47,942 bases of DNA from Candidatus Roizmanbacteria bacterium RIFCSPHIGHO2_02_FULL_40_13b (GTDB lineage Bacteria; Patescibacteriota; Microgenomatia; UBA1406; HO2-37-13b), in contig MFZQ01000029.1 in the NCBI GenBank assembly GCA_001789445.1, forward strand, positions 1-47,942, in the 5' to 3' direction. Below the pieces are notes generated by a model. That model worked only from the letters and a program-made list of their open reading frames with translations, was not told where the DNA came from and searched no databases. Positions 33,201 through 41,737 of this stretch are shown in pieces. A program made the translations under genes and the position numbers. Position 1 is the stretch's first letter, and every line of letters starts with the position of its first letter.

Positions 33201-34673
33201 TTATCTTGTAACAATAACAAAAGAATTATTCTTTGCAACTATTTTAAACGGAATTTTTTCGCTTACTAAATTATTAATCGCCCATACTCTTGTTATTACA
33301 GCGAAATCCTTTTGGTTTGATTTGAAAAAGTCGACCAATGTATGATTGATTCCAAAAATTCCATACAGTTCAAGTTCCCGAATTGTAAAAATTTTCTTGT
33401 CTGCATAATATACTGCCATTGGCAAAAAATCATCATCCAAGAATATTTGTTTATCTACTTTACGAGCATCTATTGAAATCGCCACATCATCCGCAACATA
33501 TTTATTCACGGGAATAACTTCTTTGTAAAAAGATTTTATTTGAAGTGCGGCCACTAAAACAAAACAGATAAGAAATAAACTCATTATTGTCATTGCGAGC
33601 GAAGTCCTGTTTATTGGAATGAAGTCGAGGAATCTCGGTGTGGAAGAAATTAGGCTTTGAAATCCATACGCAATGATTAACGAAATTGGTAAATATACCG
33701 GAATCAAGTGCCAAATTTGTGTTTGATCTGTTGTAAGAAAGGGATATAAGACGAGAAGATTCCAGATAAGCAGAAATGCAACCTCTTTTTTTAAAAAATC
33801 TCGTTTAACAAAAATAATTCCCACTGCGCCGATCCATAAGTAGTACCATTTTCTAATTCCCATATGCAAATAAAAGAGTGGTTGCGTAGCATGTAAGTTG
33901 AAGTAAGAGAGCAATGTTTTATTTCGTGTTCCAATATCTACAAAATGGTGTTGATAAAAATTTTGGTATGTCAAGAAATGCACAAGGTACCAAGGGAAGA
34001 TAATTACTATGGCAAGCACGAATCCATATATCACATACTTCAAATATTTTCTTCCCGACTTTTGCATCAGTATTGGGATATGGTTAGAGTTTGCGAGAAA
34101 TACGAGTAAGAGTGCAGATCCTCCAACAAGTGTTTTAGTTAAGAAGAGGAGTGCGAAACTTGCCATTGTTGGTATAAACCATTTTATATTTTCTCGAGCC
34201 TTGAGAGCAAAATAGATCGTTAAGATGTAAAAAAACACAAATGTTGAATCCAAGTTTCCCGATCTAACTCGCAAAACATACCACACACACGTTCCCATAA
34301 CAAGCGCGGCCACAAATCCAATACTTTTTTTCCCAAAAAGTTTCACTCCGGTAAGATAGACTAAAGCAATTGTTCCAATTCCACACAGAACACTTGGAAG
34401 TCGGGTTGAAAATTCACTAATCCCAAAAAGCTTGTAAGAAATAGCCATGAGCCAAAATCCTGCTGGTGGGTGGTCAAAATAGGGAAGTGAATTAAAATGC
34501 ATTCGCAAATAATCTCCACTACGAACCATTTCCCGAGCAATTACTCCGTACCATGCTTCATCCCAACTGCCAAGCGTGCTATAATCTAAGCGGAAGAGGA
34601 ATAAAATACTAAAAAAGGAGAGTATTCCATAAAATCCCATATTATCTAAAACATGAGTATAAAAAGACTTCAT
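33201..34673 (-). CDS. ArnT/PMT-family (GT39/GT83-like) GT-C glycosyltransferase
   Basis: GSWDEAWYGVIAREMVRSGDYL...YFDHPPAGFW...EFSTRLPS is the classic ArnT first-loop signature. The start is uncertain: the ORF-track start at 34775 is TTG, and ATG candidates lie at 34673 and 34640. Confidence 0.85.
   Translation of the reverse strand: MKSFYTHVLDNMGFYGILSFFSILFLFRLDYSTLGSWDEAWYGVIAREMVRSGDYLRMHFNSLPYFDHPPAGFWLMAISYKLFGISEFSTRLPSVLCGIGTIALVYLTGVKLFGKKSIGFVAALVMGTCVWYVLRVRSGNLDSTFVFFYILTIYFALKARENIKWFIPTMASFALLFLTKTLVGGSALLLVFLANSNHIPILMQKSGRKYLKYVIYGFVLAIVIIFPWYLVHFLTYQNFYQHHFVDIGTRNKTLLSYFNLHATQPLFYLHMGIRKWYYLWIGAVGIIFVKRDFLKKEVAFLLIWNLLVLYPFLTTDQTQIWHLIPVYLPISLIIAYGFQSLISSTPRFLDFIPINRTSLAMTIMSLFLICFVLVAALQIKSFYKEVIPVNKYVADDVAISIDARKVDKQIFLDDDFLPMAVYYADKKIFTIRELELYGIFGINHTLVDFFKSNQKDFAVITRVWAINNLVSEKIPFKIVAKNNSFVIVTR
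33589..33636. repeat. GTCATTGCGAGCGAAG... hairpin-family element in CDS
   Basis: GTCATTGCGAGCGAAGTCCTGTTTATTGGAATGAAGTCGAGGAATCTC. The minus strand is translated as RFLDFIPINRTSLAMT. It shares the tail ATCTCGGTGTGG with 17231-17242. Confidence 0.6.
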
Positions 34674-36188
34674 AATTGGAAAATCCCCGCAATTTTTGCT
34701 TTTGTTTTCATCCTTTTCGTTTATTTTAGAGTAAAGCCAATATATTATCAAACGGTTCCATATACATATGATCAAGGACGGGATTTTTTAAAGGCAGAAG
34801 AAATTGTTCGTTTTCACAATCCTACATTTATAGGTCCAACAACAGGAATTCAAGGAGTTAACCATGGGGTATGGTGGTACTACTTCCTTGCAATGCAATA
34901 TTTCATCTTTAATGGGAATCCGAGTGGATTTTATTACGGAGTACTCGCAATGATGTTTATTTCAACACTTCTTTTCACGATCTTTCTCAAAAAAGAGTTT
35001 GGAAATCACATTGCACTCCTTTTTTTACTCATCGTTACCATTTCTCCCTATTTTATTGGTATCTCATTCTTTGCGGCAAACAATATTCTGGCTCCGCCAT
35101 TTGTATTACTTTTTATCTTTAGCATCTACAAATTTTTACAAATCTCAACAAGTTTCAACAAGTCTCCATTAATCTCAATGAGTCTCTACAAATATCTTTT
35201 TCTCATAGGATTATCTCTTGGATTTATTTTTGAAGCTGAAATGCCACTTGGGCTTTTTATTATTCCTTCTTTCTTCGTAGCCTCGATACTCTTCAAAGAA
35301 GTAAGATCCTCTTTCAGGAAACTCAACAATCTTTTTTTCTTGATTCTTGGACTAGTTTTACCTTTTACCTTCCGAATACTTTTTGAAATAAAACATAACT
35401 TTATCCAAACAAAAAGCATTATTTATTTTTTTAAACATCCATCTGCTACAAATGCACAAGGATTGGATGGTATTTTGCGGGAGCGAGCGTTACTTTTTTT
35501 AAGCTATTTTCAAGAAATATTTTATGACAACAATAAAATTATCGTTTTTGGAGCGATTCTCGTTTTAGGAGGCATATTTATTTGTGGATATAAACGATTT
35601 GAAAAACTGCATAGGAGACTCTTTCTATTTTTCTCTTCAATGATTTTATTTATTTTCCTTTTTTCGCTAAGTTATCGAAATAATTTCTTTTGGGATTATT
35701 ACTTGGAAGGAATTCACTATATCTTCCTTTTTTACATACTGCTTCTTTTCTATATATCGACAATTATTGATACTAAGAAAAGATTACTTACTGTGATACT
35801 TGTTCTGTTTTCAATTCTTGCAATCTTTTATTTAGGAAAAGAACTTACGAAACAAAATAATACTCCATATATTGGATTACGAGCAGATATAAAAACTGTG
35901 GAAACAGTTTATTCACTTGTTGGAAAAAATGACTTTTGTGCGCGTATTTATACCCCACCGGTAGTGCCATATACATATAATTATCTTTTTCACTACAAAT
36001 CCTTACAAGGCTATAAAGTGCCACTCGAAAATCCAATGAATACTATGTGTATCATTATTATCGATTCTGATCAGTATACATTTAGAATTGATGAGTGGAG
36101 GAAGACTAACATTCCAGTAGACTTTATACTTGAGAAAAAAATTGTACTGCCAAATAATGTTAGAGTTGAAGTATGGAAACAAAAATAA
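34653..36188 (+). CDS. GT-C-like polytopic membrane glycosyltransferase (paralog of 14394)
   Basis: 511 aa, with the YDQGRDFLKAEEIV loop. TATTAT lies 7 nt upstream of the ATG. Confidence 0.7.
   Translation: MSIKRLHNWKIPAIFAFVFILFVYFRVKPIYYQTVPYTYDQGRDFLKAEEIVRFHNPTFIGPTTGIQGVNHGVWWYYFLAMQYFIFNGNPSGFYYGVLAMMFISTLLFTIFLKKEFGNHIALLFLLIVTISPYFIGISFFAANNILAPPFVLLFIFSIYKFLQISTSFNKSPLISMSLYKYLFLIGLSLGFIFEAEMPLGLFIIPSFFVASILFKEVRSSFRKLNNLFFLILGLVLPFTFRILFEIKHNFIQTKSIIYFFKHPSATNAQGLDGILRERALLFLSYFQEIFYDNNKIIVFGAILVLGGIFICGYKRFEKLHRRLFLFFSSMILFIFLFSLSYRNNFFWDYYLEGIHYIFLFYILLLFYISTIIDTKKRLLTVILVLFSILAIFYLGKELTKQNNTPYIGLRADIKTVETVYSLVGKNDFCARIYTPPVVPYTYNYLFHYKSLQGYKVPLENPMNTMCIIIIDSDQYTFRIDEWRKTNIPVDFILEKKIVLPNNVRVEVWKQK
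35126..35193. repeat. 52-nt GAGTCTC-family insert bounded by the 8-nt direct repeat CTACAAAT (exactly 60 nt apart)
   Basis: CTACAAAT-TTTTACAAATCTCAACAAGTTTCAACAAGTCTCCATTAATCTCAATGAGTCT-CTACAAAT. AAGTTTCAAC(A/G)AGTCTCCAT is shared with 39961-39980. Confidence 0.7.
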
Positions 36189-36955
36189 CGGTATTAATTC
36201 ATACATATAATGAAGCAAACGAGATTGTTGAATGTATCGAAAGTGCTAAACTTCTTACAGATATAATTGTACTTGTTGACATGGAAAGCACAGATGATAC
36301 AGTTGAAATTGCAAAAAAAGAAGGTGCTGATGTTTACTCTTTTCCATTCAGTCGATATGTTGAACCGGCACGGAATTTTGGGATTGAGAAAATAAAAACA
36401 GAGTGGGTATTTCTACTTGATGCTGATGAACGAATGACTGGGGAATTAGCTGAGGAGATCCTGAAACGAGTTCAGGATGACGAGAGAGCAGAGACTCACT
36501 TCAAACTCCATCGCAAAAACATTTTTGCTGGGAAAAAGTGGTTGAAATATGGTGGCTGGAACTCAACATCAGATTATCAGACGCGACTCATAAAAAAAAG
36601 TGTATTTGTAAACTGGCCAAAAGCTATCCACTCAACCCCGGAAATTAATGGGGAAGCCGGCTTTTTAAAAGAACCACTCCTTCACTATTTTCATAAAGAT
36701 TTAGAGACGATGGTTACAAAAACAACCGTGTATGAAGACATTGAATCTGATTTACTATTTCAAGCTCATAAACCCGTTTCAACAAGTATATTTTTTAGAA
36801 AATTTTTAGGCGAACTCTACCGACGATTATTTAAATGGCAAGGATTTCGGGACGGAACACTTGGAGTTATAGAATCTATTTATCAGGCATATTCAAAAAC
36901 AACCACCTATTTATTTTTATATGAAAAAAATCATGAAAAAACTTCTCATAGTTGA
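36173..36955 (+). CDS. GT2-family glycosyltransferase (paralog of 22682)
   Basis: 260 aa: ITVLIHTYNEANEI, VDMESTDDT, LLDADE, HYFHKDLETMVTKTTVY. Confidence 0.85.
   Translation: METKITVLIHTYNEANEIVECIESAKLLTDIIVLVDMESTDDTVEIAKKEGADVYSFPFSRYVEPARNFGIEKIKTEWVFLLDADERMTGELAEEILKRVQDDERAETHFKLHRKNIFAGKKWLKYGGWNSTSDYQTRLIKKSVFVNWPKAIHSTPEINGEAGFLKEPLLHYFHKDLETMVTKTTVYEDIESDLLFQAHKPVSTSIFFRKFLGELYRRLFKWQGFRDGTLGVIESIYQAYSKTTTYLFLYEKNHEKTSHS
36457..36481. repeat. hairpin mini-element in CDS (reverse orientation)
   Basis: GATCCTGAAACGAGTTCAGGATGAC is the reverse complement of GTCATCCTGAACTCGTTTCAGGATC. It is translated as EILKRVQDD. Confidence 0.8.
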
Positions 36956-38000
36956 TCCATACTTAGATGTTTTGGGGGGTGGGGAAGAACACATTCTTTC
37001 TATTGGAAAAATATTTGAAGAAAAAGGATATCAAGTTAATCTGTTTTGGCATGATGAATCGATTTTGAAAGCACTTCAAGAGAGGTTATCCATTAGAACT
37101 GAAAACTTTAGTATTGAAAAGAATGAAAGAAAAGGAACTGGATACGATATTTTACTTTATATAACTGATGGAAGTTATTTTTTTCCTCAAGCTAAAAAAA
37201 ATTATGTTTTTTGTATGTATCCGCAAAAAACACTATATAAAAGTAATCTTCTCAATAAATTGAAATGGAAGAACTGGAACTTTTTTGCAAACTCAAAATA
37301 TACTTCTTCATATATTTCTGAATGGGTAGGAAAAGAAACAGATGTCATTTATCCATATATTCCAGATGAAATTTTTGAGAGGTACTCCCCTATTAGTTCC
37401 AAGAAAAAAGTGATACTTTCTGTCGGTCGTTTTTTCTCACACCTGCATGCAAAAAATCAGCATTTATTAATCGATGCATTTAATAGACTTCAAAAAAATC
37501 ATTCGATGTTTCAAGACTTTCAACTCGTTTTGATTGGTGGAGTAAAAAAAGAGGATGAAAATTATTTTAATAAAGTCCTCGAGCTTTCAAAAAGTAATCC
37601 ATCTATTTCAGTTATGAAAAATGCGCCATACGAAACTGTGCTTTCATATTATTCAAGAGCAAGTATCTACTGGCATGCGTCCGGCCTAGGTTCTGATTTG
37701 GCTGGACGTCCGGAGGCGACTGAACATTTGGGAATTACTATTCTTGAGGCAATGGCGTGCGGACTTATTACTTTTGCATATAACTCTGGTGGTCCGAAAG
37801 AGACGATTGAAAACGGCAAAACAGGGTTTTTATATAATTCCATTGATGAGTTGGTTGAAAAAACAGCCAAAGTTTTTTCAAATAAACAGGAGCTTGCAGA
37901 GATTTCCAAAAGAGCTTTTGATTCATGTAAAAAAACATTCTTGTACGAAGTTTTTGAAAAAAATGTTGAAAACTATTTTTTTAGCAATTTAACAATTTAA
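36921..38000 (+). CDS. GT4-family glycosyltransferase
   Basis: 359 aa. EHLGITILEAMACGLITFAYNSGGPKETIENGKTGFLY. The last residues SNLTI and the stop codon are supplied by a CAATTT-type repeat. Confidence 0.85.
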   Translation: MKKIMKKLLIVDPYLDVLGGGEEHILSIGKIFEEKGYQVNLFWHDESILKALQERLSIRTENFSIEKNERKGTGYDILLYITDGSYFFPQAKKNYVFCMYPQKTLYKSNLLNKLKWKNWNFFANSKYTSSYISEWVGKETDVIYPYIPDEIFERYSPISSKKKVILSVGRFFSHLHAKNQHLLIDAFNRLQKNHSMFQDFQLVLIGGVKKEDENYFNKVLELSKSNPSISVMKNAPYETVLSYYSRASIYWHASGLGSDLAGRPEATEHLGITILEAMACGLITFAYNSGGPKETIENGKTGFLYNSIDELVEKTAKVFSNKQELAEISKRAFDSCKKTFLYEVFEKNVENYFFSNLTI

Positions 38001-38002
38001 CA
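37983..38002. repeat. CAATTTAA-type repeat spanning a CDS end, the stop codon and the 2-nt gap to the next ATG
   Basis: AGCAATTTAACAATTTAACA is followed directly by the ATG at 38003. Confidence 0.7.
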
Positions 38003-38833
38003 ATGAACATATCAATAATAATTCCAGTCTACAAAAACAAAGAACTTTTGCAGAAGAGTTTTTCTCATAATTATCCATTTATTAAAGATTGCGAGATAAT
38101 TATTGTTAATGATTATCCAGAAGAATCCATCGAAGATATTTTTGAGAAATATTCATCGGTAAAACTCTTTACCAACGAAAAAAACCTCGGTTTTGCAAAA
38201 ACTGTGAATAGGGGAGTGAAAGAAGCATCAGGAGATTTACTATTTCTTCTGAACTCCGATGTATTTCTCCAAGATGATTCATTTAAAAAAGCAGTAAAAC
38301 TTTTCACCGAAAATAAGAAACTTTTTGCAGTTAGTTTTGCACAAATTGAACAAGACAAAAGTATTGTTGGAAAAAATAGAGTTTTTTTCAAAAATGGATT
38401 TACTATGCACGAAAAAGCCGGTGACATATCTTTTGGTCCAACTGGATGGGCGGAGGGTGGAACATGCATCATTCGAAAATCTTTTTTCGATGAATTAAAA
38501 GGATTAAATGAGATTTATTCACCCTTTTATTGGGAAGATATTGATCTCTCATATCGAGCAAAGAAAAAAGGATATGAAGTTTTATTTGATCCATCGATAA
38601 AAGTACTTCATAATCATTCTTCAACAATTGGAAAGTATATGAAGGAGGATTTTCGAGAAATAATTTCATATAGAAATCAATTTATTTTTACTTGGAAGAA
38701 TGCAACAACTTCTCAACTTTTTATCCATCTTCTCTTTTTACCTAAAATCCTGATACAATCTGTTTTCGCGGGAAATAGTAATTTGTTAAAAGGATTTTTT
38801 AGGGCGGCGTTACTTGTTCCGAAAATGGTATGA
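38003..38833 (+). CDS. GT2-family glycosyltransferase
   Basis: 276 aa: ISIIIPVYKN, NLGFAKTVNRG, LNSDVF, YWEDIDLSYRAKKKGY. Confidence 0.85.
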   Translation: MNISIIIPVYKNKELLQKSFSHNYPFIKDCEIIIVNDYPEESIEDIFEKYSSVKLFTNEKNLGFAKTVNRGVKEASGDLLFLLNSDVFLQDDSFKKAVKLFTENKKLFAVSFAQIEQDKSIVGKNRVFFKNGFTMHEKAGDISFGPTGWAEGGTCIIRKSFFDELKGLNEIYSPFYWEDIDLSYRAKKKGYEVLFDPSIKVLHNHSSTIGKYMKEDFREIISYRNQFIFTWKNATTSQLFIHLLFLPKILIQSVFAGNSNLLKGFFRAALLVPKMV

Positions 38834-40437
38834 GAATAAAAGCTATCCTCTTTTCAATAGTTCTCTTAACGGCTGCCGTACATCTCTTCAAAATCAACTC
38901 GCTTCCTATTTGTCTCAATGCTGATGAAGCTACATTTGGATATAACTCCTTCAGTATTCTTAAAACGGGAAAAGATGAATATGGAATGATGTTGCCCCTT
39001 CGACTCAAATCATTTGGAGACTATAAGCTTCCCCTATATTCATATCTTTCAATTCCATTTATAGGTGCCTTTGGACTTTCAGAACTTTCAACCCGAATTC
39101 TTGCGATTCTCATTGGAATTCTTTTTCCTTTGGCAGCTTACTTTCTCACAAAAGAACTTTTTGAAGATGAACGTGTTGCATTACTTTCAGCATTCTTGAG
39201 TGGAGTTTCTCCGTGGATTCAGACGATCGCTCGACAAGCGCATGAGGCCCCATTGGCAGTTTTTCTCTTGACAATAACAGCAACATTACTTCTCAAGTTT
39301 ATTAAAACAAATGATCGACGATATTTATTTGTATTCTCCATTTTTGAGTTTGTAAGCTTGTTCGCATACCATCTAAGTCGTCCAATCGCATTTGGAATGG
39401 TTTTGTATTTGGTGTTTATTCTTTACAAAGGTAGCAAGCAAAAGCTGAATACAAAAGTAGCACTTATTCTTATCGCAGCAGTTCCACTCCTTCTCTTCAC
39501 GTTTACTGATATTCTCTATAATCCAACCCGTTTGAAGAATCTCGCATTTTATAACGATGGGGGATTCAAACTTGAAATAAAACAAAAACTGTTAGAGAAG
39601 AATCTTCCTCTTTTTTATAACCCCGTAACACAAGCCCTCGTAACCCTTCCCAACGAGTATATAAAGTATTTTTCACCGGAATTTCTTGTTGAACATGGAG
39701 ATGTAAATAATCGATTTGGGTATCCGGGAATCTCGCTTCTTACAATTGTTGAGTATCTTTTTATTTTTGTCGGACTCTACTTTTTATTCAAAAAAAAGCC
39801 CAAACATCTTTCATTCTTAGTAACTTTAACATTGCTTGCTCCCCTTGCCGCATCTCTTACGCTTTTCGAGTATTCTGCAACCAGATCTCTCTTTCTTGTC
39901 ATTCCCTTACTTATGATTATTTCCTATGGAGTAGTATCTCTTTTTGATGTAATTCCAAAGAAGTTTCAACGAGTCTCCATGAGTCTCCTAGTCTCTGTAT
40001 TTCTCTTTTTCAATTTCATGTCCTGGGATTTCTACTTTTTTCACTATCCACAACGAGCGGTTGCTGTGAGATCGTGGCAGTGCGGATATAAGGAACTTAC
40101 ACGGTATGTGAGCGATACTTACGATACATTTGATCGATTTAATATTACGACACGAAATGGAGAACCATACATTTTCATGCTTTTTTATTCAAAATACCCG
40201 CCAGAAAAATATCAAAAACAGGCAAAATTAAGTCCACCTGATGAGTATGGATTTGGGCAAGTATGGGAATTTGATAAGTACGATTTCAGACTTAATATGG
40301 ACAAAAAAACTCCACGAACGAGTTATGTAGGCTTCCCCGAGCACTTTGAAACGAGAAAAGATATTGATCAAGCGAAAATTAAAAAAATAACCGTCGGAAC
40401 AGAAGAGATATTTTGGATTTATGAGAATGCGGAATGA
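38830..40437 (+). CDS. GT39/ArnT-like GT-C glycosyltransferase
   Basis: 535 aa. NADEATFGYNSFSILKTGKDEYG first-loop motif, polytopic. ATGA overlap with the upstream GT2. Confidence 0.8.
   Translation: MRIKAILFSIVLLTAAVHLFKINSLPICLNADEATFGYNSFSILKTGKDEYGMMLPLRLKSFGDYKLPLYSYLSIPFIGAFGLSELSTRILAILIGILFPLAAYFLTKELFEDERVALLSAFLSGVSPWIQTIARQAHEAPLAVFLLTITATLLLKFIKTNDRRYLFVFSIFEFVSLFAYHLSRPIAFGMVLYLVFILYKGSKQKLNTKVALILIAAVPLLLFTFTDILYNPTRLKNLAFYNDGGFKLEIKQKLLEKNLPLFYNPVTQALVTLPNEYIKYFSPEFLVEHGDVNNRFGYPGISLLTIVEYLFIFVGLYFLFKKKPKHLSFLVTLTLLAPLAASLTLFEYSATRSLFLVIPLLMIISYGVVSLFDVIPKKFQRVSMSLLVSVFLFFNFMSWDFYFFHYPQRAVAVRSWQCGYKELTRYVSDTYDTFDRFNITTRNGEPYIFMLFYSKYPPEKYQKQAKLSPPDEYGFGQVWEFDKYDFRLNMDKKTPRTSYVGFPEHFETRKDIDQAKIKKITVGTEEIFWIYENAE
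39961..39999. repeat. GAGTCTC-family element in CDS
   Basis: AAGTTTCAACGAGTCTCCATGAGTCTCCTAGTCTCTGTA, translated as KFQRVSMSLLVSV. Confidence 0.65.
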
Positions 40438-40438
40438 G

Positions 40439-40933
40439 TTATGAAGAATTTTTTCCGACAAAGGGTAGGGGGAATTTTGAGGAAAGATATTTCTTATAAA
40501 GTACAAGGTCGTCGCCATGATCAAATGCCATTTCTTCTTTTGGTGGAACTTGATCAAATGCAAACCATTCAAGTTTTCTAACTTCTTCGTTTCCTTCAGT
40601 AAAATCATCTGATGTTTGAACAATAAATACAAACTCAATATTTTGCCTATCCTCATGTGGTCGATCTGGATTATCTTTAATATGAAATAAAGTAAAACTC
40701 GTAGCATCGCATCCTGTCTCCTCTTTTATTTCTCGTTTTAATGCCTCTTCTAAATTTTCATCTCGTTCAACAAATCCACCAATTAAGCCCCACTTTCCAT
40801 ATTCGAGCATTGGATTTCCGTTATAAGTTCCACGTTTTCCAAGAAGCACTTTATTATCTTTTACTAAAATAGCATTTATCGTAACATGGCGTTTCCTTCC
40901 TATTCCTCCATCCTCAAATGTGCATGTAATCAT
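40439..40933 (-). CDS. NUDIX hydrolase
   Basis: The Nudix box GGFVERDENLEEALKREIKEETG is present. Confidence 0.85.
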   Translation of the reverse strand: MITCTFEDGGIGRKRHVTINAILVKDNKVLLGKRGTYNGNPMLEYGKWGLIGGFVERDENLEEALKREIKEETGCDATSFTLFHIKDNPDRPHEDRQNIEFVFIVQTSDDFTEGNEEVRKLEWFAFDQVPPKEEMAFDHGDDLVLYKKYLSSKFPLPFVGKNSS

Positions 40934-40936
40934 GCG

Positions 40937-41599
40937 TTAAATATACAGAATTATCGATAGGTTATACAGTGCATGTATTAGTATTGGGGATACTAGACTT
41001 CTTCGATTCAAAAATATAAAACTGTTAATCATACTCAAAATGAAATCGGTTGCCAAGAACCATATGAGCACATTTCCACTCAATTTAAGATTTGTTAAAA
41101 GAATTGGAATATGCAAAATGAGAAAGAGTACGCTTGCTAGAAATGAAGACGTAAACGCATTTCCAGATTCCTCATAAAGTCGTTTTAAAACAAAACCGCG
41201 AGAAACAACTTCCTCGCAAAACCCTGTAACTAATGCAATTGTGATGGCAACTAGCAATGTTTGTGGGTTTTGAGTCAGGAGTGTTTGGGAGAATGAAAAT
41301 GTACTATATTTAATGTAGTTTGCCATGAGGGCCGAAAGGCTAAAAGTCGCACCGATGAAAAATGCTATATAGATATTCTTGAATATATTTTCTGTGGTAA
41401 GCCATACACTAGCTGCAAACTCTTTTTTCTCATTGTGTTTTATGAAAATATATACGGGGAGTAAGAAGACGAGGGGTTTTGCAACCAATTCATCGATGAT
41501 CTCGGGCAACATGAATTTAGCACGATACACGCTCCAAATAATGAGAATGATCGCCCACACGTTGAGCATTGATTGGGTTTTGGAAACAGGTTTTTTCAT
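40937..41599 (-). CDS. CPBP-family intramembrane glutamic endopeptidase (CAAX protease/Abi)
   Basis: EEVVSRGF (EExxxR) and the later HALYN motif, polytopic. The ORF-track start at 41629 is TTG; the first ATG is at 41599. Confidence 0.8.
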   Translation of the reverse strand: MKKPVSKTQSMLNVWAIILIIWSVYRAKFMLPEIIDELVAKPLVFLLPVYIFIKHNEKKEFAASVWLTTENIFKNIYIAFFIGATFSLSALMANYIKYSTFSFSQTLLTQNPQTLLVAITIALVTGFCEEVVSRGFVLKRLYEESGNAFTSSFLASVLFLILHIPILLTNLKLSGNVLIWFLATDFILSMINSFIFLNRRSLVSPILIHALYNLSIILYI

Positions 41600-41667
41600 C
41601 TCATTCAATAGTAAGCTGGCAGAGCACAAAAATCAAGGGGAACTGTGGGCTCGTTGATGAGTGTCTT

Positions 41668-41727
41668 GTCATCCTCGACCCCGATCGGGGATCCATTTCA
41701 ATAGATTCCCGCCTTCGCGGGAATGAC
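41668..41727. repeat. two adjacent hairpin mini-elements (intergenic)
   Basis: GTCATCCTCGACCCCGATCGGGGATCC contains the 12-nt palindrome CCCCGATCGGGG. GATTCCCGCCTTCGCGGGAATGAC is identical to 2281-2304. Confidence 0.8.
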
Positions 41728-41737
41728 AATTAACTTC

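Noticed and set aside
40228-40707. 159-aa minus-strand ORF
   Set aside because: It overlaps both the 3' end of the GT-C gene 38830-40437 and the NUDIX gene, which has a clear Nudix box, in a different frame. It has no motif.
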